A stretch of DNA of 27,551 bases from IMG/VR virus record IMGVR_UViG_3300042566_001359; one strand, given 5' to 3'. The translations under genes were made by a program, and so were the position numbers. Below the pieces are notes generated by a model. It ran no database searches. It had not been told where the DNA came from and saw only the letters and a program-made list of their open reading frames with translations. Source of the DNA: a virus (Duplodnaviria > Heunggongvirae > Uroviricota > Caudoviricetes > Demerecviridae). Shown piece after piece: positions 11,453 to 21,233 of the stretch (positions within the stretch are counted from its first letter, which is position 1; every line of letters begins with the position of its first letter).

Positions 11453-12738
11453 TGCTAACCATTAGCCGACCAGATGTTGAGTGCGAACACATTGTGGAAT
11501 TCGCAGCACAAACTCGTTTTATTAAGTTACCCATCGTCAACTACTTGAAGTTATTAGGCATTTATGAAACCATCAACAGACCCCAAACCGCACTAATCAA
11601 TGCCATCAACGACCCCAAGTACCGTTTTGTGTGCGCTGCGCTAGCGCGCCGACTTGGCAAAACCTACATAGCCAACGTGGTAGGCCAATTGGTGAGTTTA
11701 GTGCCTGGCTCAAATGTGTTAATCATGTCGCCCAACTATAATCTTAGTGGGATCTCTTTTGAACTACAGCGCCGACTAATCAAGCACTTTGACCTAGAAG
11801 TTGCACGTGATAACCTAAAAGACAAAATAATTGAGTTGGACAATGGTTCGACTATTCGTATGGGTTCGTTGAGCACTGTGGATTCATGCGTTGGCCGCAG
11901 TTACGATCTTATCATATTTGACGAAGCAGCGCTTGGATCGGATGGTGAAGCCGCATTCAACGTTGCACTCCGACCCACACTAGACAAGCCTGGCAGCAAA
12001 GCCATTTTTATATCAACACCACGTGGTCGCAACAACTGGTTTAGCCAGTTTTGGAATCGTGGCTTTAGTTCGGAGTTTCCAGAGTGGGTGAGCCTGCAAG
12101 CGGATTATTCGGAGAACACGCGCATGCAGGAATCTGATGTGGCCGAAGCTCGCCGGTCAATGTCGCGTGCGGAATTTGAACAAGAATACTTGGCATCGTT
12201 TACTGTGTTTGAGGGTCAGATTTATAGCCTAGCGGCCACCGATGTTTGCGAACCGCCGGTTGACCTGCGTGGTGAAGCTATAGCTGGCTGCGACCCTGGC
12301 TATCGTGATTATACTGCGTTTGTGGTTATTGTGTACGATATGGTTACCGACGTGTTTTGGATTGTTGACGAGTACTTGAAAAACGAAGCTACCACAGCTG
12401 ATCATGCCAGTGCGTTTGCGGAGCTGTGTGGGCGTTGGGGTGTGGAAACCATTTTTATTGACTCGGCTGCTGCACAGTTTGCATCGGACCTGGCATACAT
12501 CTACGACCTGGCTTCAACCAAGGCTAAAAAGGACGTGTTACCTGGAATTGCATATGTACAAACACTGGTAGCTCAGGGTCGTTTAAAGGTAGCACCACAC
12601 TGCACACATTGTTTAGCGGTGTTTGACCAGTATCGTTGGGATACCAAAGAAGGCTTACAACGTGAGCGTCCCAAGCATGATGACTATTCTCACATGGCTG
12701 ATGCGATTCGTTATGCTCTTTATACATATACATTGTAA
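11452..12738 (+). CDS. terL: terminase large subunit
   Basis: Walker A ARRLGKT, Walker B IIFDEAA, coupling ISTPRG, nuclease acidic motifs GCDPG, IDSAA and HMADA. Confidence 0.95.
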   Translation: MLTISRPDVECEHIVEFAAQTRFIKLPIVNYLKLLGIYETINRPQTALINAINDPKYRFVCAALARRLGKTYIANVVGQLVSLVPGSNVLIMSPNYNLSGISFELQRRLIKHFDLEVARDNLKDKIIELDNGSTIRMGSLSTVDSCVGRSYDLIIFDEAALGSDGEAAFNVALRPTLDKPGSKAIFISTPRGRNNWFSQFWNRGFSSEFPEWVSLQADYSENTRMQESDVAEARRSMSRAEFEQEYLASFTVFEGQIYSLAATDVCEPPVDLRGEAIAGCDPGYRDYTAFVVIVYDMVTDVFWIVDEYLKNEATTADHASAFAELCGRWGVETIFIDSAAAQFASDLAYIYDLASTKAKKDVLPGIAYVQTLVAQGRLKVAPHCTHCLAVFDQYRWDTKEGLQRERPKHDDYSHMADAIRYALYTYTL

Positions 12739-12760
12739 ACGGTATTGTACTTAATATTCT

Positions 12761-12789
12761 ATTATACACGGTTTGGATTGGTTGTTCAA
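12761..12789 (-). promoter_or_regulatory. promoter antisense to the terL 3' end
   Basis: Minus strand TTGAAC-17-TATAAT-AGAAT. Confidence 0.55.
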
Positions 12790-12824
12790 GTCAAAATACT
12801 CTACCTGCAACATAAATTCTGGTA

Positions 12825-12853
12825 TTGACTTTTTGATGCATACCATGTATAAT
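12825..12853 (+). promoter_or_regulatory. late promoter for HNH-portal-capsid genes
   Basis: TTGACT-17-TATAAT. Confidence 0.8.
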
Positions 12854-12884
12854 ACTAGTAATCTCAAGAAGGTCCAAGTAAAAA

Positions 12885-13316
12885 ATGGCCAAGAACACAA
12901 ACAATCGTATCCCAGTAAAGTGGGTTCGCGACAAAGCCAAGGCGGCATACGATAAAAAACCTCAGTGCTTTGTTTGCGACACAAACAAAGACCTGGAACT
13001 TCATCACCTACACTCAATCACAATCTTGTTAGAAACGTGGTCTGCGCACAAAGGTTACGATATATCAACAGACGAAGGCATTTTAGCTGTTCGTGATGAA
13101 TTTATTGCTGAGCACCATACAGAGTTATATGATAAAGTTTACACCCTTTGTAATCCGCATCATGTAGCGCTGCACTCAATATATGGCAAAGCTCCGCCAG
13201 TAGGTTCCGAACCTAAACAGCAGCGTTGGATCGAACTCCAGCGATCAAAGCACGTTCATGGTGATAAAGCCGTACCCACAAGCACGCACAACTCGTTTTT
13301 CTCACGATTTATTTAA
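12885..13316 (+). CDS. HNH-type nicking/packaging endonuclease (T5-like)
   Basis: CFVC...LELHHLH...YTLCNPHHVALH. It lies between terL and portal as in T5. Confidence 0.85.
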   Translation: MAKNTNNRIPVKWVRDKAKAAYDKKPQCFVCDTNKDLELHHLHSITILLETWSAHKGYDISTDEGILAVRDEFIAEHHTELYDKVYTLCNPHHVALHSIYGKAPPVGSEPKQQRWIELQRSKHVHGDKAVPTSTHNSFFSRFI

Positions 13317-13325
13317 GGAAAAACA

Positions 13326-14510
13326 ATGAGTTGGATAGCAAAATCACAAGACTGGATTCGCCAAAAGTTGAATCCTGCACAAGAACGCATTGCACAAGAT
13401 GCTGGCACGCAAGTTGGTACAGATGCAAAACTCACCTACTTTCAAAGCTTTCAGAAGCTAGAAGCAGTTAATCGAAGTGTTAGTTTACTAGTAAACGCAG
13501 CAGCCAGCCTAGACTACGACGTCAAAGACAAAGTGCACGATGGTGTTGTTGCTGGCATTCGCCAAAAAACACTAAATACACTGCTTAACTTTCGTCCTAA
13601 CCCTTATCAAAGTGCACAAGACTTTCGCAGTGCACTGTTCACAGATTTCGTACTAGAAGGCAATGCTTTCGTACACTTTGACGGTACTTTTATGTACCAC
13701 CTGCCTGCAGACAAAGTAGAAATCATGACTGACACCAAAACATTTATTCGTGGCTTTCGCTACAATGGATTGGTAGACTTCAAAGAGTCTGAAGTTTTTT
13801 ACTTCAGAGACCTGAGTTCGGATAGTATCTATCGCGGATCAAGCAGACTGGAAAGTGCAGATCGCAGCGTTAAATTGCTGTACTCAATGCAAACCTTTCA
13901 AGAAAACTTCTTTGATAACGGTGCTGTGTTTGGACTAGTACTTACCACAGACAACACACTAAGTCAAGTTGCCAAAGAAAAAACAATTGCCTACTGGTTG
14001 CAAAAGTACAACGTTAAAAACGGTGGCAAGCGACCAGTGATCTTGGATTCGGGCTTAAAGCCACATCAGCTAGCCGAAACCAATTTCCGTGACATGGATT
14101 TTGATGTCAGCATCAAAACTCATGGCGAAAAAATCATGCAAGCTGTTGGCGTGCCGCCAATCTTGCTGCAAGGCGGCAACAATGCCAACATTTCGCCAAA
14201 CCTAAGACTATTCTATTTAGAAACAGTACTGCCAATGAACCGCAAGTTTATTAGTGCTGTAGAACGCTACTTTGGTTACGACGTAGAAGCTATTACCAGC
14301 TCCGTTAGTGCCTTGCAGCCAGAATTAAAAGACATTGCCGCATATCACTCAACATTGGTAAACGCTGGTATTATTTCAGCCAACGAAGCTCGACAAGAGT
14401 TGCGCTATGAAGCCAAAGCCGGCAATGATGATTTACGAATTCCTGCAAACATTGCAGGTTCAGCCGCAAATCCTAGCACTGGAGGACGTCCCGCCTCCGC
14501 CAAGGAATAA
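13326..14510 (+). CDS. portal protein (HK97 family, T5 pb7-like)
   Basis: 394 aa; RPNPYQ, LEGNAF, VGVPPILL and ISANEARQ portal motifs. Confidence 0.95.
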   Translation: MSWIAKSQDWIRQKLNPAQERIAQDAGTQVGTDAKLTYFQSFQKLEAVNRSVSLLVNAAASLDYDVKDKVHDGVVAGIRQKTLNTLLNFRPNPYQSAQDFRSALFTDFVLEGNAFVHFDGTFMYHLPADKVEIMTDTKTFIRGFRYNGLVDFKESEVFYFRDLSSDSIYRGSSRLESADRSVKLLYSMQTFQENFFDNGAVFGLVLTTDNTLSQVAKEKTIAYWLQKYNVKNGGKRPVILDSGLKPHQLAETNFRDMDFDVSIKTHGEKIMQAVGVPPILLQGGNNANISPNLRLFYLETVLPMNRKFISAVERYFGYDVEAITSSVSALQPELKDIAAYHSTLVNAGIISANEARQELRYEAKAGNDDLRIPANIAGSAANPSTGGRPASAKE

Positions 14511-14524
14511 CACAAAGGGGTATT

Positions 14525-16450
14525 ATGGTAGATAAAAGTAAAGTACTGTTTATAAACAGTTCTTTTACAAAGAGCAGTCTACCTGCCGCAGACGAAGCTG
14601 ATGAAAGCGTAACCATTGAAGGTTATGCATCCACAGTTGACGTTGATAGACATGGTGATATTGTTCCTGCCAGCGTGTGGGAAAAAGGTGTCGAGAACTA
14701 CTTGAAAAATCCAGTAATTCTTGCATACCACAATCACAGTGAACCTATCGGCAGGATGATCGAGCATCGCGTTGACGCAAAAGGTTTGTGGATTAAAGCC
14801 CGAATCTCTAAAGCGGCTGGAGATGTTTTTAGTCTTGTAAAAGACGGCGTGCTAACCGCCTTTAGCATTGGTTTCCGTATCGCTGATGCGGAATATAATT
14901 CAGCCTTAGAGCTGTTTGTTGTAAAAGAACTGGAACTGCACGAAATATCAGTTGTGAGTGTTCCAGCTAATCAAAATACACTATTTAGTCTTTCTAAGGC
15001 GTTTGACACGGCCGAAGAATTTAAGAGTTTCAAACTGCAATTTGCTAACCCAAGCAACTCAGCTAAAGGGCTAGAAGCCTCCGGCGAAGCAAAAAGCGAA
15101 ATTAACGAGGAATGGAAAATGGATCCAAAAGAACTACAAAAAATGTTGGCTGACGCTGCTACTGCTGCTGCCGAACAAGCCACTAAGTCTCTGCTAGCTG
15201 CTCAAGAAAAAGCTGCTACTGAAAAAGCTGCTGCCGATGCGCAACAAGCTGACCTAGACGCAAAAATCAAAGCTGCTGTTGCACTAGCAACACCAAGCAC
15301 AACTGGTGCTGAAGCACTACTAGCCGAAGTTGAGAAGCGTTTTGCTGCTCAAGCCGACGAAACTAAGTCTGTTGTTGCAGGCCTAGAAGCTAGCCTAAAA
15401 GAGAAGGCAGCTGAATTAGAAGCCATTCAAAAATCACGTATGCAATTCACAGACGGCAAAGCCGGTGAAATGTCTTATGCTGACAAAGAAAAGGCTGTTA
15501 TCCTAGCTAAAATGGCTGGTAAGGGTTTAGCTGACACTAAGTTTGGCCGTGAAATGGTACAAAAGTATGGTGCTCACCTGCCAAGCGATGTATGGGAACT
15601 AGAAGTTTCATTAAACATGGAAAACGAAGTTCGCCGTCGTTTAGTTGTTGCTCCTAACCTACGTGGTATTGCAATGCAAACCAACGTGATGACTATTCCT
15701 GTGAACCCAGAAGCTGGTGTTGCAACATGGATGGCTAACACAGCATTCGGTACAACAGCCTCAGCTGGTAGCAACGCAACACACGCGCTAAAAGAAATCA
15801 CTCTAAACGCGTACAAAGTTGCCACAAACGAATACGTTGCCTACGAAGAAGAAGAAGACAGTTTACTGGCAATTATGCCTGTTATCCGTGACGCCATGGT
15901 TCGCCGTGTTGCTCGCGCTGTTGACCGTGCTATGCTACGTGGTGCAGGTACAGGTTCAGACCCAGTTAAAGGTCTAGCAACCTATGATATCGCCAGTGCA
16001 GTTACACTAGATATCAGCGATGCTGCTAAAATGACAGTTGCAAAACTACAAGCTATGCGTCGTGACCTAGGTGCTTGGGGTCTAGATCCTTCAGAACTAG
16101 TTTACATCGTAAGCACAGAAGGTTACTACGACCTGCTAGAAGACACAAACTTCCTAACAGTCGACAAAGTTGGTCAACAAGCCACTCTGTTAACTGGTCA
16201 AATCGGTGCAGTTGGTAACACTCCAGTTATCGTAAGCGCTGAATTTGCAGACAAAGCTGCTGACGCTGTTGGCGCTATCTGTTTTGCACCAGGTAACTTC
16301 TTGGTTGGTAATCAACGCGGTCTACGTGTTGACACACAAGACCTAGTAGAAACACAACGTCGTGTTATGGTAGCTAGCCTACGTACTGGCATGACTCAAG
16401 TTACAACTAACCTAGGCCCAGCAGTTTCGGCCCTACGTTTCGTAGCTTAA
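14525..16450 (+). CDS. prohead protease fused in frame to HK97-fold major capsid protein
   Basis: N-terminal about 198 aa: IEGYAST, YHNHSEPIG, FSIGF, EISVVSVPAN. Then an alanine-rich delta/scaffold region and the capsid. Internal GAGGA-7 nt-ATG at 15119. Confidence 0.92.
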   Translation: MVDKSKVLFINSSFTKSSLPAADEADESVTIEGYASTVDVDRHGDIVPASVWEKGVENYLKNPVILAYHNHSEPIGRMIEHRVDAKGLWIKARISKAAGDVFSLVKDGVLTAFSIGFRIADAEYNSALELFVVKELELHEISVVSVPANQNTLFSLSKAFDTAEEFKSFKLQFANPSNSAKGLEASGEAKSEINEEWKMDPKELQKMLADAATAAAEQATKSLLAAQEKAATEKAAADAQQADLDAKIKAAVALATPSTTGAEALLAEVEKRFAAQADETKSVVAGLEASLKEKAAELEAIQKSRMQFTDGKAGEMSYADKEKAVILAKMAGKGLADTKFGREMVQKYGAHLPSDVWELEVSLNMENEVRRRLVVAPNLRGIAMQTNVMTIPVNPEAGVATWMANTAFGTTASAGSNATHALKEITLNAYKVATNEYVAYEEEEDSLLAIMPVIRDAMVRRVARAVDRAMLRGAGTGSDPVKGLATYDIASAVTLDISDAAKMTVAKLQAMRRDLGAWGLDPSELVYIVSTEGYYDLLEDTNFLTVDKVGQQATLLTGQIGAVGNTPVIVSAEFADKAADAVGAICFAPGNFLVGNQRGLRVDTQDLVETQRRVMVASLRTGMTQVTTNLGPAVSALRFVA

Positions 16451-16457
16451 TACCCAG

Positions 16458-16481
16458 CAAGACCCTTCGGGGTCTTGTTTT
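16458..16481 (+). terminator. intrinsic terminator after the capsid gene
   Basis: CAAGACCC-TTCG-GGGTCTTG-TTTT. A second 12-bp hairpin follows at 16477-16510. Confidence 0.85.
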
Positions 16482-16526
16482 ATAAATGTACTCTGGTGCA
16501 TTTATAAAACAAGAAAGGTATGCTAA

Positions 16527-17093
16527 ATGGGACTAAATTTAATCACAAAAGCGGAATATAAAACATACGCTAGCATCACCAGTACTAATCAAGATGCAGA
16601 AATTGACCTACTGATTCCAAAAGTAAGCGAACTAGTAAAAACATATTGCCGCCGCACATTCGTAGACTACTACGACGAAGCAAAAACTGAAGTATTTGAC
16701 GGCGGCTACGGCTCGCTGATCTTAAAAGAAACACCCGTTACACAAGTTATTAGTGTTCAACAAAGCACAGACTATGGTCAAACTTACACTAAGCTAACAA
16801 AGTTCGCAGACTGGGTACCAACAGGAGACTTTGTAGTAGCAATTGATCCCAGCGGATTTAAGCCAATGATCAATGGTTACAAGGTAAGTTATTTTGCTGG
16901 ATACGAAACAGTACCAGAAGACTTGCGTTTGGCAGTATTAGATTTGGTTACATACTATCGCAAAAATGATGGTGCTATTCATTCAAGTAAAGCACCTGGC
17001 ACAAATGCTGTGCAAATTGAATACATTTCAACTACTAGCTTGCCTGCACATATTAAACGCGTCTTAGACTTTTATGTGGCGGATTATACATAA
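16527..17093 (+). CDS. head completion/head-tail adaptor (T5 p144-like)
   Basis: LITKAEYKTY...SELVKTYC...Y.AGY...PEDLRLAVL gp15/gp6-like pattern; position after the capsid gene. Confidence 0.8.
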   Translation: MGLNLITKAEYKTYASITSTNQDAEIDLLIPKVSELVKTYCRRTFVDYYDEAKTEVFDGGYGSLILKETPVTQVISVQQSTDYGQTYTKLTKFADWVPTGDFVVAIDPSGFKPMINGYKVSYFAGYETVPEDLRLAVLDLVTYYRKNDGAIHSSKAPGTNAVQIEYISTTSLPAHIKRVLDFYVADYT

Positions 17094-18589
17094 TGGCATT
17101 TTACACAGCTGATTGGTTTAAAAAGTTAGTTAAAGAAGACCATGCATATATTCAACAGTATATTACTAAAAAAGACAATGATCTTCGTGGCTACATAGAT
17201 AGTACACTACCATTTACTCTATTCTTGGATATAGGTACTATACGTAAAAGTATTTTAATACCAGAGTCAAAAGCTATTCAAGATATGACTCAGATTTTAA
17301 ACCTAGACAGTCCAAATCTTATTATTGATAATTTAGATTTAGCCTATCAGAAAACAATTACTGAGTATATTAATACTTTCCCAAATATTGATAGTTCTGA
17401 ATTAGCAAATACTCTAGCTACGCTAAATGCTAGTATTGCTAATGAAAGTGGGACAATTAAGAGCACTATTCAAACGTTATTCAAGCGAACAGTAGTTGTA
17501 AAAGAACTATCCAAGAAAAATAAAAGCGTTCTTATTATATCCCCTAAATTTACTACTATTCAAAGTGACTTTGGTAAGCGCGTTAAAGGAAACTTTAATT
17601 ACGATGCTTTTTCAGACTTAATTGATGATAATTTAGGTAACAGCCCTAGAAACTTAATTAAAGCATATTTAGCTAAAAACTTTGGAGTGTTACAAAATAT
17701 TGGTCACGTAGAAGTAGATGTTATTAGTTCTAAGCAAGGTTCATCAGAAGTAAAGCGGGGGCTAGTAAGTCCAAGATTACTACAGGCTTTGTTAGAGTGG
17801 CCAAAAGACGCAAGACCTGATAAATTAGTGCGTAGTTTTAGTAAAGAAACAGGGCAAGCAGAAACACGCATTATTGTTAGAAAAAAGTTTAATAATAGTA
17901 AGTTAGTGTTAGAAATGTTAATTGAGTCAGGCCTTATGATAGGATCCCTGGAATCTCAAGCAGTTAACCTCCAAAAAGCTACAAAAGAACGAGCATTTGG
18001 AATAGGCAAAGCCCTTTCTACTAGAATAAAACAAAATGCCAGTTTACTTTTAGACTTAGTAACTTCAAAGAGTTTACGTCAATATATATCTGAAAATATT
18101 AAATCACATCTGTTAGACGGCAAATCTTCCGGAAACTATACTAGCAATACACCAATTGTACAGAAAACCAAAGTAACTAGAACAAAGAACAAAGTCGAGT
18201 TACCAAAAGTAAAACCAGTTTCCGCATCGGTACCAAGTCTTGGGTCCACAGTAACTTCAGTTAGTAATCTTACTGATCTAGAAAACTTACTGAGAGCTGC
18301 TATTAATAAAACTGTCAAAGACAACATGGGTGATGGAAACAGACGAGATATTCTAAACTTACGTACAGGTAGATTAGCAGATAGCGTAACAATTGAAAGA
18401 GTATCTAGAAGCAGGGCAGGAATGCTTTCTGTATTTTATAGCTATATGAAATACCCTTACGCCACATTTAGTTTAGGTGGAAGGCAAGGTACCCCTAAAA
18501 GCAGAGACCCTAAATTGTTGATTTCTAGCTCAATTCGTGAAATTGCACAAAGCAGTGTGTCCAATAGATTGAGGTCGGTATTAGTATGA
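17093..18589 (+). CDS. tail completion protein (T5 p143-like C-terminus) with long N-terminal extension
   Basis: C-terminal LRTGRLADSV...YMKYPY...RDPKLLI...SIREIA; 498 aa in total. Confidence 0.7.
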   Translation: MAFYTADWFKKLVKEDHAYIQQYITKKDNDLRGYIDSTLPFTLFLDIGTIRKSILIPESKAIQDMTQILNLDSPNLIIDNLDLAYQKTITEYINTFPNIDSSELANTLATLNASIANESGTIKSTIQTLFKRTVVVKELSKKNKSVLIISPKFTTIQSDFGKRVKGNFNYDAFSDLIDDNLGNSPRNLIKAYLAKNFGVLQNIGHVEVDVISSKQGSSEVKRGLVSPRLLQALLEWPKDARPDKLVRSFSKETGQAETRIIVRKKFNNSKLVLEMLIESGLMIGSLESQAVNLQKATKERAFGIGKALSTRIKQNASLLLDLVTSKSLRQYISENIKSHLLDGKSSGNYTSNTPIVQKTKVTRTKNKVELPKVKPVSASVPSLGSTVTSVSNLTDLENLLRAAINKTVKDNMGDGNRRDILNLRTGRLADSVTIERVSRSRAGMLSVFYSYMKYPYATFSLGGRQGTPKSRDPKLLISSSIREIAQSSVSNRLRSVLV

Positions 18590-19026
18590 GCAAACGTACA
18601 AAAATATTAAAGGCTATGGCCGAAAAGTTCAAAGAATTAGATGGTAGACCAGAATACCATACAAACTTAACCAATAATAGTTTTCCAAAGCTAAAGTTTT
18701 GGGACGAAGTAGAAGACTTTCCTTGTGTTTACCTAAGCCCAGGTAACGAAACTCGTGAGTACCATCCCAGTGGATTTAGTTGGGCTTACTTAATGGTTAG
18801 TGTGAAATGTTATGTTAAAAGCGAAGACACCGCGCAAGACCAGATTGAACTATTACTAGAAGATTTAGAAAAGTGCATAGATGCAAATCGTGTACTAGTC
18901 TATGACCAAGAAAATAACTTGGAGACGACTGAAATACTAGTTCAGTCTATTACTACAGATGAGGGGTTACTAACGCCTTATGGTGTAGGAGAAATAAACC
19001 TACAGGTGCGATATGCACGCGACTAA
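18586..19026 (+). CDS. tail tube terminator (T5 p142-like)
   Basis: LKFWDEVEDFP...ETREY...ITTDEGLLTPYGVGEI; position before the tail tube gene. Confidence 0.85.
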   Translation: MSKRTKILKAMAEKFKELDGRPEYHTNLTNNSFPKLKFWDEVEDFPCVYLSPGNETREYHPSGFSWAYLMVSVKCYVKSEDTAQDQIELLLEDLEKCIDANRVLVYDQENNLETTEILVQSITTDEGLLTPYGVGEINLQVRYARD

Positions 19027-19097
19027 CTAATAAAGCACAAAGCACAGATAAATGTCTAGTCTGAGTGCTTTTAGTTACAAATAAAAAAGGAATAACT

Positions 19098-20267
19098 ATG
19101 GCAGTTAATTTAATCCGTAATAGTAGAGTGTTCTTTACTACTAACGTAGACAGTCAAGGCCGCATTCGTGCAGGCGCATACAAAAACGAAGCAGATCCGT
19201 TTTCAACCACTAATACCTGGGAAATCCAAGTATTAGAAGGCATGAGTTTTAGCCAAAATACAACAGTAGATACTGTTACCTTAAACGAAGCTGGAGAAAC
19301 TCCTGCACGTGGACAGCGTAGCTTTAACACTGCACTAGAACCTCTGGACTTTTCATTCTCTACATACCTACGCCCATACTTAGACTCAACCACAATTACT
19401 TGTGAAGAAAGTCTATTATGGAACGCGTTTGGTGGTGCTGCAAAAATTGGTACAGCAGGTGCAGCTTGGACAGACGGCACAAGCCCTTCTCCAGGCGTAC
19501 TAGGCCTAACAAACTCTAACAAACACCAATTGCAAGCTTTTGGTATTATTGTTGTGTTCGACGACCTAGCTTATGCACTTGATAACTGTGCTCTAGATAC
19601 AGCAACTATTGACTTTGGTATTGATGCAATTGCGTCGATTCAGTGGGCAGGAAAAGGAAGCTTGATTCGTCAAATTGCTCTGTCTGCTAACCAAGCAAGT
19701 CCAGTTGTATTTACAGGTGCCGATGTTGGTGCTGTTGGTCCTGAACAAGCAAATGCCAAAAACACTGCTGCAAAATACATCACAAACAAACTAAGTACTC
19801 TGCAAGTCAACAACGATATCAACGATTTTGTTGGAACTGATTTTTCCGTGCCAATTACTGGCGGATCAATCACAATGAGTAATAACCTAACTTACTTAAC
19901 TCCAGCTAACTTAGGTGTTGTTAACTTACCTATTACGTATTTTACAGGTACTCGTAGTATCACAGGTACCTTAACAGCCTACTTACGTAGCGGTGCAAAT
20001 AACACAGGTGGATTGTTAAGTGGCTTACTGGCCAGCGCAGCCACAGAAATTAACCCTAGCTATGCAATCAATATCCAAATGGGTGGTGGTGCAAATGCTA
20101 CACGCGTAGATTTAAAACTACCGGCAGCTATGTTGCAAATCCCAACAGTTAACACTGAACAGGTTATTAGTACAACATTAACGTTTACTGGTCAAGGTTT
20201 TGCAGGTTCTGCCTTTGATATTGACCAAGCTAACGAAGTTACCGTTAACTACTACGCAACAGCTTAA
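19098..20267 (+). CDS. major tail tube protein (T5 pb6-like, no C-terminal Ig domain evident)
   Basis: MAVNLIRNSRVF...TLNEAGETPARGQRSFNTALEPLDFSFSTY; RBS AAAGGA before 19098. Confidence 0.9.
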   Translation: MAVNLIRNSRVFFTTNVDSQGRIRAGAYKNEADPFSTTNTWEIQVLEGMSFSQNTTVDTVTLNEAGETPARGQRSFNTALEPLDFSFSTYLRPYLDSTTITCEESLLWNAFGGAAKIGTAGAAWTDGTSPSPGVLGLTNSNKHQLQAFGIIVVFDDLAYALDNCALDTATIDFGIDAIASIQWAGKGSLIRQIALSANQASPVVFTGADVGAVGPEQANAKNTAAKYITNKLSTLQVNNDINDFVGTDFSVPITGGSITMSNNLTYLTPANLGVVNLPITYFTGTRSITGTLTAYLRSGANNTGGLLSGLLASAATEINPSYAINIQMGGGANATRVDLKLPAAMLQIPTVNTEQVISTTLTFTGQGFAGSAFDIDQANEVTVNYYATA

Positions 20268-20284
20268 GCTGTAATGTTAGCAGC

Positions 20285-20317
20285 AGGTGCTGGGCTGATC
20301 TCCAGCACCTATTTTTT
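20285..20317 (+). terminator. intrinsic terminator
   Basis: AGGTGCTGG-loop-CCAGCACCT-ATTTTTT. Confidence 0.8.
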
Positions 20318-20346
20318 AATCCAATACAAAATACAATAGGAATAAC

Positions 20347-20760
20347 ATGGCACAAGAAATTAGCCTTAAGTCGTTATTAGTACCCTCAAAAACAGTAGAA
20401 GTAGAATATCCAGGTATGTCTGATTTTACTATTAAACTTGGTTTTATGAGTCGTGAGACCTTAATTAACCTACGCAAGAAAGCTACTAAAAATACTTTTA
20501 AAAATCGTCAGGTTCAAGATGAGTTTAACGAAGACTTATTTTTGGAACTATATGTTGATGCAGCAATCAAAGGTTGGAATGGTTTGAAGTTTAGTTACGT
20601 AAACTTACTAGTACCAGTTGATGTGTCTGCCTTTGACCCTGAAGATTCTTTAGCATACAGCAAAGAAAATGCTTTGATGCTTATGAAAAATAGTTCACAG
20701 TTTGACAACTTTATCAGTGAACAGGTAAACGATTTAGCAAATTTTACGACGAACAGTTAA
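20347..20760 (+). CDS. tail assembly chaperone (lambda gpG analogue)
   Basis: 137 aa between the tail tube and tape measure genes; RBS AGGA. Confidence 0.85.
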   Translation: MAQEISLKSLLVPSKTVEVEYPGMSDFTIKLGFMSRETLINLRKKATKNTFKNRQVQDEFNEDLFLELYVDAAIKGWNGLKFSYVNLLVPVDVSAFDPEDSLAYSKENALMLMKNSSQFDNFISEQVNDLANFTTNS

Positions 20761-21122
20761 TTACTGTAAAACAACAGTTAATTAACTACCAGCAAAACAG
20801 TGCGATTGGTATGGCCAAGGAACAGTATTTTGATTTGTGCGAACAAATGGGAAATGCTCCTGTACCAGAAGAAATACCAATAGAACTACACGAATTCCCA
20901 CTAGAAGTACAAGAAGCGCTTTGTATATATAAAACTTTGCGTGACGACTGGGAGTTTGTAGCTGGAACTTATTTAGGTAAAAAACTAGATACAGTATTCG
21001 ATCTTTTTAGTGCTTATGGAATTCCTTCTGAAGACCATAGGACTTATTATGAGTTAATAGCCATGGTCGATTCAGTACGGATTGACGAAATGCGCAAGCA
21101 AACCAAAAAACCCGCCAATTAA
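20739..21122 (+). CDS. tail assembly chaperone -1 frameshift extension (gpGT analogue; fused product 20347-21122)
   Basis: Slippery A-AAT-TTT at 20739-45. The -1 frame (YDEQLITVK...) is open into the 20811-21122 ORF, which lacks its own RBS. Confidence 0.75.
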   Translation, partial: KFYDEQLITVKQQLINYQQNSAIGMAKEQYFDLCEQMGNAPVPEEIPIELHEFPLEVQEALCIYKTLRDDWEFVAGTYLGKKLDTVFDLFSAYGIPSEDHRTYYELIAMVDSVRIDEMRKQTKKPAN

Positions 21123-21139
21123 TTTTAGCGGGTTTTTTT
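21106..21139 (+). terminator. intrinsic terminator
   Basis: AAAAAACCCGC-loop-GCGGGTTTTTTT. Confidence 0.8.
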
Positions 21140-21159
21140 ATTACTAAAAAATTTTTGGG

Positions 21160-21188
21160 TTGACAGGTTAAACCTATAGTGATATAAT
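21160..21188 (+). promoter_or_regulatory. late promoter for tape measure and tail tip
   Basis: TTGACA-17-TATAAT, perfect consensus. Confidence 0.85.
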
Positions 21189-21233
21189 GGTAGCCAAGAG
21201 TTATTGAAATTAAGTTTATTGCCGGGAGAGTAT

